From Flavobacteriales bacterium (lineage in GTDB: Bacteria; Bacteroidota; Bacteroidia; CAIKAF01): a DNA stretch of 64,000 nucleotides. Under the pieces are notes generated by a model. It was not told the DNA's origin. It saw only the letters and a program-made list of their open reading frames with translations, and searched no databases. The DNA is taken from positions 227,388 to 291,387 of the forward strand of contig JBQVOK010000001.1 in assembly GCA_052437175.1 (NCBI GenBank), read 5' to 3'. Positions 50,677 to 61,900 of this stretch are shown piece by piece. Each line of letters begins with the position of its first letter. Positions within the stretch are counted from its first letter, which is position 1. A program made the translations under genes and the position numbers.

Positions 50677-52587
50677 ATGAAAAAAAGTTTACTCTTTGCA
50701 GGCTTGTGCCTGGGGGCTATTAACTTAGCCAGTGCTCAGATCTTTTCTGAAAATTTTAACGGAGTGCCGCTGACGGGCGGTACAGGTGTTTTACCTGCAG
50801 GCTGGGCCCAGTACAATGTAGACGGTCTTACGCCTGCTTCTGCAACCTCTTATATGGGTACTTCGGCCTGGGTGGTACGCGCCCAGAGCGGTAATAATGT
50901 AGCTACCAGTACCAGCTGGTATAATCCGGCCGGTGTTTCCAACGACTGGATGGTTACGCCCGCCATTACTATTCCCAATACGGGCAACCCATACCTGCGA
51001 TTTAAAGAACAGGCCTTCGAAGCGGCCTATGCAGACGGATACCGTGTATTTATCTCCACTACCGGTAACACGGTGGCCGATTTCACAAATCCTCCCGTAT
51101 TAACGGTTGCTGCCGCCAATGCTACCGGACTTACCACCAAACTGGTGAACCTCTCCGGCAATATGGGCCAGACCATTTATATCGCTTTCCAGAACAACAG
51201 CAACGATAAAAACCTGCTGTTCATCGACGATGTGGAAGTAGTTGACCTGCCGGCTTACGATGCCCGCCTCAACAACATCAACCTGCCGCGCTACGGTGTG
51301 GTGAATACCAATACGTCTATGATCCTGAACGTAAGCAATGACGGTTCCCAGGCCATTACCAGTCTTACCATCGACTGGAACGACGGTGCCGCTCACAGTG
51401 CTACCATCAGCGGTCTGAACATCGCCCCGGGCGCTTCGGCCAACGTTACACACACTACACCGGTGAATTATTCTACCGTGGAAGAAAAAAACATCAGCGT
51501 AAACATTACCCAGGTAAATGCCAATACCGATGCCGTTCCGGCCAACAACACCGGTACAAGCCGTTTCAACTCCACCAGCTCTGCTCCCGATAAGGGCGTG
51601 CTGATCGAGGAAGGTACGGGTACATGGTGCGGATGGTGCCCGCGTGGTGCCATTGCCATGGAATACATGTACGATACTTACGGTGCACAGGGCTTCATCG
51701 GTATTGCCGTGCACAACCAGGACCCGATGACCGTTTCTGCCTATGACAATGCGGCCAACTTCGGCGGTTACCCGAGCTGTAACGTAGACCGTACTATCCT
51801 GGATGCTTCTGTATCACAGGGGCTGTTCGAGCAATACTTTGCTGCCCGCAAAGACCTGCCGGTTCCGGCTTCGATCAGCATTACCCCTACGGTAAGCGGT
51901 CAGGACATTACCATCCCGGTATCTGCCCAGTTCGTAACAAAATTTGCTGCTGCTAACTTCCGCCTGGCTGTTGTAGTGGTTGAAGACGATGTTACCGGTA
52001 CTTCTTCCGGTTATAACCAGACCAACTATTATGCCGGCAATGCCAATGGCCCGATGGGTGGTTATGAGTCTAAACCCGATCCGGTTCCGGCTGCCGATAT
52101 GGTATACGATCACGTAGGCCGCGCCCTGCTGGGAGGTTACAACGGACAGACAGGAAGCGTTCCGGCTGCCATCAACGACGGACAGACTGCCAGCTACACC
52201 TTTAACTACACCGTACCTGCCACCAGCGATATGGCCCAGATCAAACTGGTTGCCCTGCTCATTGACCAGGCCGACGGTTCTGTGGTAAATGCCAAAGAAG
52301 TAAAAGTACAGGGTGGTGTTTCTGTAGAAGAGAAAGACGAAAACGCTTTCAGCTTTAACGTATACCCGAACCCGAGCACCGATTTCCTGAACGTAAGCCT
52401 GGAAAACAACAGCAACGTGAATACACTTACGGTTGTGGACATGAACGGTAAAGTGGTTTACACACGCGAGATCAGCGGTTCAGAGAACCTGCTCAGCATT
52501 CCGGTATCGCAGCTGTCAAATGGCAACTACCTGATCAGTGTTTCAGGTGCCGCTGCCAGCTACACCCAAGTATTCGTGAAAAACTAA
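50677..52587 (+). CDS. T9SS C-terminal-sorted secreted protein with a choice-of-anchor-J-like N-terminal domain
   Basis: Signal peptide MKKSLLFAGLCLGAINLASAQ, then the IFSENFNG motif. C-terminal T9SS sorting domain (FNVYPNPSTDFLNVSL...NGNYLISV). The true start is ATG 50677, with a TAcaTTTG box upstream. Confidence 0.7.
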   Translation: MKKSLLFAGLCLGAINLASAQIFSENFNGVPLTGGTGVLPAGWAQYNVDGLTPASATSYMGTSAWVVRAQSGNNVATSTSWYNPAGVSNDWMVTPAITIPNTGNPYLRFKEQAFEAAYADGYRVFISTTGNTVADFTNPPVLTVAAANATGLTTKLVNLSGNMGQTIYIAFQNNSNDKNLLFIDDVEVVDLPAYDARLNNINLPRYGVVNTNTSMILNVSNDGSQAITSLTIDWNDGAAHSATISGLNIAPGASANVTHTTPVNYSTVEEKNISVNITQVNANTDAVPANNTGTSRFNSTSSAPDKGVLIEEGTGTWCGWCPRGAIAMEYMYDTYGAQGFIGIAVHNQDPMTVSAYDNAANFGGYPSCNVDRTILDASVSQGLFEQYFAARKDLPVPASISITPTVSGQDITIPVSAQFVTKFAAANFRLAVVVVEDDVTGTSSGYNQTNYYAGNANGPMGGYESKPDPVPAADMVYDHVGRALLGGYNGQTGSVPAAINDGQTASYTFNYTVPATSDMAQIKLVALLIDQADGSVVNAKEVKVQGGVSVEEKDENAFSFNVYPNPSTDFLNVSLENNSNVNTLTVVDMNGKVVYTREISGSENLLSIPVSQLSNGNYLISVSGAAASYTQVFVKN

Positions 52588-52610
52588 TACGTATACATAA
52601 TTTTTACAGA

Positions 52611-52656
52611 AGACCGTCCCGTTTCGCTACCAGCGAGACGGGACGGTCTTTTTTAT
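52611..52656 (+). terminator. Rho-independent terminator
   Basis: Hairpin gaccgtcccgtttcgct/agcgagacgggacggtc followed by a T6 tract. Confidence 0.7.
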
Positions 52657-52938
52657 TTTACAGCTGTGTAACCGGACCTTGCAAATTCTGTGCAGATTTT
52701 TTGTTAAGTTATCTGTTCTCAAAAGAGTATGCTTGCATAATAAAAATGTTTTTTATTACTTTGCTTCTCACCAGATAAGAAAATAGTCTCTAACTCTAAT
52801 CATTAATCCCCGGATAATCTTTCACCATCCCCCGCACATTTTACTGATCTAAGCACCCGGTATCGCCTGTTCATGCTGCACGTATGTGGTATGAGCCTAC
52901 ATTACCGTATGCCGGCCTGTAAAGACAAAAAAACGTAT

Positions 52939-54180
52939 ATGGTATCTGCAGTAAATTACAGCCTGTTTCGTTTCTTTTTCGGAATATTAATGATTCCGCA
53001 GGTGCTGCATTTAACCCCACACGTACACGACCTCTCCAAATCGGCTTTTGTGTTCCATTACCCGGGTCTTTCCTTTATCGAGGCGTATTCTCACGGGTTG
53101 ATCGACCTGTTGCAGGCTTCGGCGATCGTTTCTGCCGTTCTGCTGGCCCTGGGCATTATACCCCGTGTGGCGGCCCTGTTGTTCATGTGTTCGTTCGGGT
53201 ACCTGTTCCTGATCGATATATCGTTCTATAACAATCACTACTACCTGTGGTGCCTGCTGGCCTTTCTTTTTGCCTGCACCGAGGCGGGACTTTCGATCTC
53301 CGTATTCGATGTTTTCCGGCGCCGTTTTAACAAACAGATGCATGTATGGAATTATGCGGCATTCGGTCTGCTGATCACGATCGTATATTTTTACGGAGGA
53401 ACGGCCAAACTCAACGGCGACTGGCTGCAGGGCTATCCCATGCGCCTGTATACCCATGCCAAGGGGTTTCCGTTTCCCGATCTCAGCGGGTATTTTCTCA
53501 GCTACACGGGTTTACTGTTCGACCTGCTGATCGGTCTGCTGCTCTGGCGTTTTGCCCGTTCTGTATGGGTAGTAGCGCCGATGCTGGTTTTTCATATCAG
53601 CAATTATTTCCTGTTCGATATCGGCGAATTCCCGCTGGTCATGATCGCCGCCTGGCTGATCTATATTCCGCTGAGCCGTTTCCCTTTGCGCGATATCCTA
53701 AAGGAGACAAAGGCCCTGAAAAAGCCGGTTTTTGCAATCCTGGGCCTGTTTTTTGCCTTTCAGCTGCTTTTCCCCGCCCGGGCCCTGCTGTTATACGGCG
53801 GTAATGTGGCCTGGCACCGGCAGGGGTATAATTTTTCCTGGCGGATGATGCTCAATAATCACAAGCCTTCCTATTTTCAGTTCCTGGTGGATATGCCGGA
53901 ACGGGACGACCGCTATCATGTAGACTTTGAAAAACTGCTTACCTACCGGCAGTTCTATCATACCTATCATGAACCCTATATGATCTGGCAGCTGGCGCAG
54001 AAACTGCACAGCGACGCACAGAAAAAATACGGGAACACGCCCATACATGTATACTGTAAATCGCTGGTGGCACTGAACCAGCATCCGCCACGGTCACTGA
54101 TCAATGAACGTGCTGACCTGGCGGCTGTGCCTTTTCACCATCTCAGCCCGAATCACTTTGTAAATACATTCACTCCATGA
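52939..54180 (+). CDS. HTTM-domain membrane protein (vitamin-K-dependent gamma-carboxylase-like) with a soluble C-terminal extension
   Basis: Multi-TM N-terminal half with the HTTM hallmark (FRFFFGILM..., NNHYYLWCLLAFLF). I take the start at ATG 52939. The stop overlaps the next gene's ATG by 4 bp (ATGA). Confidence 0.6.
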   Translation: MVSAVNYSLFRFFFGILMIPQVLHLTPHVHDLSKSAFVFHYPGLSFIEAYSHGLIDLLQASAIVSAVLLALGIIPRVAALLFMCSFGYLFLIDISFYNNHYYLWCLLAFLFACTEAGLSISVFDVFRRRFNKQMHVWNYAAFGLLITIVYFYGGTAKLNGDWLQGYPMRLYTHAKGFPFPDLSGYFLSYTGLLFDLLIGLLLWRFARSVWVVAPMLVFHISNYFLFDIGEFPLVMIAAWLIYIPLSRFPLRDILKETKALKKPVFAILGLFFAFQLLFPARALLLYGGNVAWHRQGYNFSWRMMLNNHKPSYFQFLVDMPERDDRYHVDFEKLLTYRQFYHTYHEPYMIWQLAQKLHSDAQKKYGNTPIHVYCKSLVALNQHPPRSLINERADLAAVPFHHLSPNHFVNTFTP

Positions 54181-57100
54181 ATAAAACGTATACCCTTCTG
54201 TCACTATTCACCCTGTTCTTTGGCCTTTTTGCGCTGCCGGCGAAATTCCATGCTCAGATCACCAACGGGCAGGTCAATTATGAGCTGCGTGTAGACCAGT
54301 GGTACCAGTCCTGCGATAATGACTGGATAAATGCGGACGACAATGAGATTCGTATTGGTCTAAGCAGCGATGGTAATACGGGAGGCACGGCTTCCTGGAC
54401 CTCCGGGGGTAACGGGGCCAGCTGCGGGGGTAACCTGTATGTGCGGCGCTGGCAGGCCGATGCTCCGTCTACGGTAACCAACAGCAATACCTTGCTGTAT
54501 TACTGTACAAACCGCAATAATATAAATGATAACTTTTCCATTTATTACAATTCCTGGGAAGAAGACGGTTCGCCGGACTGTGACCCCGGCGGGGATGCCT
54601 GCCAGTCGAACGGTACCTACACCTACACGTTTAAAAGTGCGTCCAAAACGCCTTCACTCTGGTGGGGCTACACCGGAACTGCCGGAGGCTCTTTTATGAC
54701 GGGGAACAGCGGCGACTTTTTTGCCAAAACGGTATGGCGTTATACATACGGGGATGGCTGCGGATCGGCGCTGAATTTCGGAACGCTTTCTTCGGGTACC
54801 ACCTATTCGCACGTGAATTCAAACCGTCCTTCACCAGGCGGTGCTTCGGGCAATATGGGATACACCTCGGTATCGGGTAATAGCTCCCAGGATGTATTTT
54901 ACCAGTTTAGCATTTCGTCTCCTGCCAGTGTGGTTATTTCTACCAATAATGCAGGAACGGATTACGATACCTATCTCCGCCTGTATAATTCTACGTCCTG
55001 CGGTACACAGATCGCTTTTAACGACGATTACGGCGGCTCTGTGAACTCTACGATCAATATGGACCTGTGCGCCGGCACCTATGTGATACAGGTGGAAGGT
55101 TTTTCTACCAGTTTCGGGAATTTCAACCTTTCGGTGCAGGCGACCAACAGACCTGTGAACGGGGGCACGATAGCGGGCATCACCAATGGTGTAAATATCT
55201 GTCCCGGAGATGATCCGGGTGCTTTTACAAGCAGCGTGGATGCCACAGGTGCCGGGGGAGTTACGTACCAGTGGGAGTCTTCTACAACAGGTGCCGGTTC
55301 GGGTTATAGTAATATCGTGGGGCAAACGGCAAATACCTATGATCCGGGAGCTCTGACGCAAACGACCTGGTTCCGGCGCCGGGCCACAGATGGTTGTGGT
55401 CAGGTGGGGTATTCCAATGTGATCCAGGTGGTTATGAATACTGCATCGACAGCGCCGACGGCTATTTCAGGAACTACCACTATTTGTGCCGGCAACAGTA
55501 CCACGCTTACGCTTTCGGGCGGCAGCGCAGGCACGGGAGCCACGGCCCAGTGGTTCAGCGGCAGCTGTGGCGGTACCCTGGTAGGTACGGGCAACAGCAT
55601 AACGGTATCTCCGACATCGAACACCACATACTTTGTACGTTATTCAGGCACCTGTAACACCACTACCTGTGCTTCTGTAAACGTAACGGTAAATACACTA
55701 TCGGTAGCGCCTACGGGCATTACGGGTACAACAACGATCTGTGCGGGGGCTTCCACCACGCTTACGCTCTCGGGCGGCAGTGCAGGAACGGGAGCCACGG
55801 CCGAGTGGTTCAGCGGCAGCTGTGGCGGTACATTAGTAGGTACGGGCAACAGCATAACGGTATCACCGACTTCGAACACCACGTACTTTGTACGCTATTC
55901 TGGAACCTGTAACACCACTACCTGCGCATCTGCAACGGTAACGGTCAACAGCCTCTCCACAGCTCCCACAGCCATTACGGGAACAACTACTCTTTGTGCC
56001 GGTAACAGTACCACGCTCACACTTTCGGGTGGCAGCGCGGGCACGGGCGCTGTGGCTGAATGGTACAGCGGCAGCTGTGGCGGTACCCTGGTGGGCACGG
56101 GCAACAGCATCAGTGTATCCCCGGCTTCGAACACTACGTACTTTGTACGCTATTCGGGCACTTGTAATACAACCAGTTGTGCATCCGTGGCGGTGACGGT
56201 AAATGCAGCACCGGCAAGCTTTACGCCTTCGGTACTTACCTCCACACCGCTGTGTTACCGTGGAAATGCGGAGGTATCCAGCGGCGGCAGCCAGTCAGGA
56301 GTTACGTACCAGCTGCGCGATAATACCACCAATGTAGGCACTTCGCAGGCCGGTAACGGATCTGCACTCAGCTTCCTGACCGCCAACCTTACGGCCGGCA
56401 GCAGCAGCTATAACATCCTGGCCACGTCGGGCGCCGGTTGTACACTTTCTGTGAACGTACCTGCCATTACGGTAACATCAGCGCCCAACGCGATCGGTAA
56501 CAATAACGATACACGTACCTGTTACGTAAATAATAACAACAACTTTGTAGAATTCATTACTTCCAACCGCGATATCCTGGCCATAAATCCCGGTAGCCAG
56601 AACCTGGGCAATGTAACCGTAACGGAATATGTAGACGGCACACCGATCGGTGTGCAGGCCTGCAACACTACCCAGCCTGAGTTTATGGTAACGGCGCTGA
56701 ACCGCCGCTGGGTGATCAGTTCTACGGTGCCCCCCGTATCCCCGGTAAGTGTACGCCTGTACCTTGCCGATACGGATGTAACGGCCCTGGCCGCGGTGGC
56801 CAATGCCAACCTGAATACCACGGACGACGTATCGGGCCTGGGTTCACTGCAACTGACCAAATACAGCGGTGCGAACGAGAACAGCACCTTTACGGACAAC
56901 TGTAACGCAGGCGGAACGGTTACCCTGCACAGCCAGGCGGCAAACGGCAGCATCACGGCTCCCATCGCGGGTAATGCCATTGTAGCCGGTTCTTACGTTA
57001 CCTACAGTATCCCGGGATTCTCGGAACTCTGGCTCAACGGTACCAGTATCAGCAGCCCGCTGCCGGTTACGCTCAACAGTTTTGATGCCGTGTGTAAGGA

Positions 57101-57614
57101 CGGCCGGGGACTGATCAGCTGGAGCACCGTTTCTGAAGTGAACAACGCCTACTTTACAGTGGAACGCAGCGCCGACGCACACAGCTGGGAAGTGCTGCAG
57201 ACCGTGAGCGGGGCAGGGAACAGCAACAGCCTGCTTAGCTACAGCGTTACCGACGAACGCCCGGAAAACGGTATTACATACTACCGCCTCCGCCAGACCG
57301 ATTACAACGGCGACGAAGAACTTTTTGCGGAAAAAAGCATTTTCTGTTCGGCAGAAGATACTCCGGTACTGCTTCTGTTCCCCAATCCGGCAGAAGATGT
57401 GCTGAACCTGAGATTCTACCTGGACGAAAGCTCGGATGTGGAAATGAGCATCTACGATGCCCGCGGCGCCCGCCTGCAGCTGGAGAAATGGAGCGGGGTA
57501 CCGCAGGGTGAACTGGCGCGTACGATCGTACTTTCGGACATGGCCCCCGGGGTATACAACCTGCGCCTGCGTATCGGCAAAGGACTGTACACGAGCGCTT
57601 TTGTAAAGCGATAG
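54177..57614 (+). CDS. Giant T9SS-secreted surface protein. Architecture: PPC (pre-peptidase C-terminal-like) domain, 3 tandem 85-aa Cys-bearing Ig-like repeats, a conserved ~400-aa module, and a T9SS sorting domain
   Basis: Signal peptide. PPC-like segment (DYDTYLRLYN...CAGTYVIQVEGF). Three 85-aa repeats (ICAGNSTTLTLSGGSAGTGATAQWFSGSCGGTLVGTGNSITVSPTSNTTYFVRYSGTCNTTTCAS). T9SS type-A sorting domain at the C-terminus. Confidence 0.8.
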   Translation: MNKTYTLLSLFTLFFGLFALPAKFHAQITNGQVNYELRVDQWYQSCDNDWINADDNEIRIGLSSDGNTGGTASWTSGGNGASCGGNLYVRRWQADAPSTVTNSNTLLYYCTNRNNINDNFSIYYNSWEEDGSPDCDPGGDACQSNGTYTYTFKSASKTPSLWWGYTGTAGGSFMTGNSGDFFAKTVWRYTYGDGCGSALNFGTLSSGTTYSHVNSNRPSPGGASGNMGYTSVSGNSSQDVFYQFSISSPASVVISTNNAGTDYDTYLRLYNSTSCGTQIAFNDDYGGSVNSTINMDLCAGTYVIQVEGFSTSFGNFNLSVQATNRPVNGGTIAGITNGVNICPGDDPGAFTSSVDATGAGGVTYQWESSTTGAGSGYSNIVGQTANTYDPGALTQTTWFRRRATDGCGQVGYSNVIQVVMNTASTAPTAISGTTTICAGNSTTLTLSGGSAGTGATAQWFSGSCGGTLVGTGNSITVSPTSNTTYFVRYSGTCNTTTCASVNVTVNTLSVAPTGITGTTTICAGASTTLTLSGGSAGTGATAEWFSGSCGGTLVGTGNSITVSPTSNTTYFVRYSGTCNTTTCASATVTVNSLSTAPTAITGTTTLCAGNSTTLTLSGGSAGTGAVAEWYSGSCGGTLVGTGNSISVSPASNTTYFVRYSGTCNTTSCASVAVTVNAAPASFTPSVLTSTPLCYRGNAEVSSGGSQSGVTYQLRDNTTNVGTSQAGNGSALSFLTANLTAGSSSYNILATSGAGCTLSVNVPAITVTSAPNAIGNNNDTRTCYVNNNNNFVEFITSNRDILAINPGSQNLGNVTVTEYVDGTPIGVQACNTTQPEFMVTALNRRWVISSTVPPVSPVSVRLYLADTDVTALAAVANANLNTTDDVSGLGSLQLTKYSGANENSTFTDNCNAGGTVTLHSQAANGSITAPIAGNAIVAGSYVTYSIPGFSELWLNGTSISSPLPVTLNSFDAVCKDGRGLISWSTVSEVNNAYFTVERSADAHSWEVLQTVSGAGNSNSLLSYSVTDERPENGITYYRLRQTDYNGDEELFAEKSIFCSAEDTPVLLLFPNPAEDVLNLRFYLDESSDVEMSIYDARGARLQLEKWSGVPQGELARTIVLSDMAPGVYNLRLRIGKGLYTSAFVKR
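55446..56210 (+). repeat. Intragenic tandem repeat, 3 x 255 bp (near-identical at DNA level)
   Basis: Three successive 255-bp units encode the 85-aa module. The units differ by only a few substitutions. Confidence 0.85.
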
Positions 57615-57914
57615 TGAAATTTTTTATGCATAGCCGAATAAACGGTCCCTCCGGGGGCCGTTTACGGCATGTTTTTTGTAGACGGATTTGCATATTGAGA
57701 AGAAAAGTTCTTTCTTTGATATAACAGTTAAATAATTCGATCACCAAAAAACAAGAAATTTAAACCCGATATCTGTCACCTGAACCGTACTATCACCAAA
57801 AATCCGATAACACAGATGCGTCCGTACGTAACCCCCTGTACAGGACCTGACACAGAACCGAATACCTGAACAGATGGTGTGGTGTGGTTGTGGCCGGTAA
57901 GGAGCCTCAACACC

Positions 57915-58994
57915 ATGAACAGGAAAGTATATACACTGCTTTTTCTGGTAACGATATGTATCGTTAGTCTGTTTGTGCGCTCCTGTGTCATACACAGGAA
58001 AACGGTTTATTTCCGCTACGATATCCCCCCGGAACTTCCGCAGGCCTACCAGCCTTCGCATAATGCAACCACCGAGGCCGGCGTGGCCCTGGGCAAAACG
58101 CTCTTCTTCAGTACGGAACTTTCCCGCAACAATACGATCTCCTGCAGCAGTTGCCACGACCAGGAAAAGGCGTTTGCCGAGAGCAGGACCACGTCTGAAG
58201 GGATCGACGGACAAAAAGTGAACCGTAATTCCATGCCCCTGTTCAACCTGGCCTGGGTAGACCGTTTTTTCTGGGACGGCCGTGCAGCTTCGCTCGAAGA
58301 GGCTGTGAACTTCCCCATAACGGCGCACAACGAGATGGACAGCGATACCAACCGGCTGGTGCAGCGCCTGAACCGCTCCGCACGTTTCCGCAGGCAATTT
58401 TACGCCGCATTCGGTATAGAAGAAGTGCGCTATGTACACGTACGCATGGCCCTGGCGCAATACCTGCGCAGCATTACCTCCTACGCCAGTCCGCTCGACC
58501 GTATGTATCCCATTGTAAGCGAACTGATGGCACAGGGTCTGAGTCAGCCCCAGATCATGCAGCGGGAGTTCGGCTTTTCCGACAAGACCATACAGACCCT
58601 GCAACTGTGCGAAACCTGCCATTCGAACATTACCTACGGTAACAACAAAATGAAGAACAACGGCCTGGATATCTCCAATGCAGGCGATATTGGTTTTGCC
58701 GTGGTAAGCGGTAAGAAAACGGATGAGGGCCTTTTTAAAGCGCCCAGTTTCCGGAATGTGGCGTTTTCAGCTCCTTATATGCACGACGGACGTTTTGCCA
58801 CCCTCGAAGAAGTACTTGAACATTACAACTCCGGAATACAACCCAATCCCAATTTAAGCGAAGAACTCCGCGATGAGGCCGGAAATCCCCTGCGTCTGCA
58901 CCTGGGAGAACGCGAAAAGAAGGAAATGCTCTTTTTTTTAACCCGACTGATGTCGGACACAAGTTTTATCACCAATAAACAATACGCTCTATGA
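57915..58994 (+). CDS. Di-haem cytochrome-c peroxidase (CCP/MauG family)
   Basis: Two CxxCH haem-binding motifs (CSSCHDQ, CETCHSN) and the conserved NVAFSAPYMHDG region. I take the start at ATG 57915. The stop overlaps the next gene's ATG by 4 bp. Confidence 0.8.
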   Translation: MNRKVYTLLFLVTICIVSLFVRSCVIHRKTVYFRYDIPPELPQAYQPSHNATTEAGVALGKTLFFSTELSRNNTISCSSCHDQEKAFAESRTTSEGIDGQKVNRNSMPLFNLAWVDRFFWDGRAASLEEAVNFPITAHNEMDSDTNRLVQRLNRSARFRRQFYAAFGIEEVRYVHVRMALAQYLRSITSYASPLDRMYPIVSELMAQGLSQPQIMQREFGFSDKTIQTLQLCETCHSNITYGNNKMKNNGLDISNAGDIGFAVVSGKKTDEGLFKAPSFRNVAFSAPYMHDGRFATLEEVLEHYNSGIQPNPNLSEELRDEAGNPLRLHLGEREKKEMLFFLTRLMSDTSFITNKQYAL

Positions 58995-61900
58995 ACCGAA
59001 TGTTACCTGTTTTTTTAGCACTGATGCTCTGCCTTACGGCCGCTGCCCAGAAGAGTGAGACCGGTACGGGAGAGAACCCGGTATCCCGCAGGGAAGCTGC
59101 GGATCCCGTGATCATGAAATTATACGGTGCGTCGGGCCCGTATGCAAAGTACGATCCGGCCCGGGAACTGCCTGAAAAACGTACGGAAAATGCGAAGCAC
59201 TTCCGTAACGAAGACGGTACCGAAACCGCCCTGCTTACGGCCGGCCCCATGCACTATTTTGAAAACGGCGAATGGCTCACTTCGTCCAACGAGATCATAC
59301 CCGTGTCCATGCCCCTGTACCCGGGCTATGTGCTGATGAACCGCCATAATCAGTATAAAACCCTGTACGGTACGGCGGGTAAAGGTATGGCCATCAAAAA
59401 GGCCGACGGCAGCGATCTCCTTTCCGGCTACACCCAGGAAGGTGTTTTCCTGTACGACCTGGATAAAAAAATGCAGAAAAACGTATTGCAGTACAACAAA
59501 GAAGCGCTGCCGCTGCGGTCTGCCGAAACGGACAACCATCTGGAATACGGCTTAACGCCCGATATCAGCCTGCAGGTAACACAGCTTACAGGCAAGATCA
59601 AATCGCAGTATTTCATTGGTTCGAATCCCTTTGCGGCGTATGGCGGTTCAAAATACCTGGGCTTTGCCGAGCAGCTTACTTTTGCCGAACCGGTAGAGAT
59701 CGTAAACGATGAACAGAAAAAAGGCCTGCTGGTAAAAAATGCCGCCGGCGAAGTGCTGTTTTCGTACAATGAAGCTTATTATTTTCAGCAGAACCGCAAA
59801 AGCTCTTCGGAGTATGAAGAGGCCGAATACCTGGTAACCAAAGTGGACGATTTTACGTATAAAATAGTACTGCTGGTGCCTATTGACTGGTTCAATAACC
59901 CCGAGCGTGTGTACCCGGTGATCGTGGACCCAAGCATTACCTGCACGCCCAACGCTTCTATTTACTGGACAGGAACCACCAATGAAGATGCAGATGCACA
60001 CAGTTCAGACAATATCAAGGTCGGTTTTTACGATTGCAGTGGCTGCGATGACGAAACCTGGGCGCCTTATGCCAAGATCAATCTTTCTTCCATCCCCGAC
60101 GGGTCCTGCATACAGAATGCATCTTTCTCGATGTACCAGCATACCTGGCGCAACGGGGGCGGTAATGACGGACTGCGTTTCGAGATCGGCTGGGCCAATG
60201 TGGAACCGGTATCGGCTTCCTGGGCTTCGATCCGCGATAATGTACAGGGCCTTTCGGAACGCTACGCCAACTGGGACGTTTGGGGAACACCGGGAAACTG
60301 CGGCGGTTGTAACGGCGGTTACGATTATCCCGAATCGCCCAACGGATGGAAAAACTTTAACATCGACTATGCACTGCACCGTAACCGGGTGGCGAATCGT
60401 TTAACTACGGATTACATCACCTATGGTCTGGATATGACCTATAATGCAAACGACTGTTTCTGGTGCTGGGGCGATGAAACCAATGAGCTGGAATATTACG
60501 GCTGGAGCAATGGCAGCCGTCCGCAGCTCTCAGTCACCTACCAGAGCGCTTCGGTAGCGCCCACCGCCATCAGCGGAACCACAACGATATGCAGTGGCGG
60601 CAGTACAACGCTTACCGCGTCCGGTGGTTCGGTAGGTTCAGATGCCACCATCCAGTGGTTCAGCGGCAGCTGCGGCAGCACGGTGATCGGCACGGGCAAC
60701 AGCATTACGGTGTCTCCTGCATCAAATACCACCTATTTTGTGCGTTATTCCGGCAGTTGCAACACCACCGGCTGTGCATCCGTTACGGTAACGGTAAATA
60801 CGGTTTCCTCAGCTCCTACAGGTATTTCAGGAACTACCACCATTTGTGCCGGCAACAGCACCACGCTTACGCTTTCGGGCGGCAGCGCGGGCACAGGCGC
60901 CACGGCCCAGTGGTTCAGCGGCAGCTGCGGCAGTACGGTGATCGGTACGGGCAACAGCATAACGGTATCTCCAACCTCGAATACTACGTATTTTGTACGT
61001 TATGCAGGTACCTGTAACACCACTGCCTGTGCCTCTGTAGCGGTAACGGTAAACACTCTGTCCACAGCCCCTGCGGCTATTACAGGCAGCACCAGCATCT
61101 GTTTGGGTAACAGCACCACGCTTACGCTTTCGGGCGGCAGCGCGGGCACAGGCGCCACGGCCCAGTGGTTCAGCGGCAGCTGCGGCAGCACGGTGATCGG
61201 CACGGGTAACAGCATAACGGTATCTCCAACCTCGAATACTACGTATTTTGTACGTTATGCAGGTACCTGTAACACCACTACCTGTACTTCGGTTTCGGTT
61301 ACGGTGAATACTCCGTCGGCAGCCCCAACGGCCATAACAGGCAGCACTACCATCTGCACGGGCGGCAGCACTACGCTTACGCTTTCGGGCGGCAGTGCGG
61401 GCACAGGCGCCACGGCCGAATGGTTCAGCGGCAGCTGCGGCGGTACAGCGGTAGGTACAGGCAATAGCATTACGGTATCCCCGGGCTCGAATACCACGTA
61501 TTTTGTACGTTATGCAGGGACTTGTAACACCACTGCCTGTGCTTCTGTAGCGGTAACGGTAAATACCCCGTCGGTAGCCCCAACGGCCATAACAGGCAGC
61601 ACTACCATCTGTGCAGGCGGCAGCACTACGCTTACGCTTTCGGGCGGCAGTGCGGGTACAGGCGCCACGGCCCAATGGTTCAGCGGCAGCTGCGGCAGCA
61701 CGGTGATCGGTACGGGCAACAGCATTACGGTATCGCCGGGCAGCGCTACTACGTATTTTGTAAACTACGCAGGCAGCTGCAATACAACGGCCTGCGCATT
61801 CGTACCGGTAACGGTAAATCCGGTACCGGCAGCCTTTACACCGCTGATCAGTACTTCCACACCAGTTTGTTACCGCGGAAATGCAGAGATCACCGTAGCT

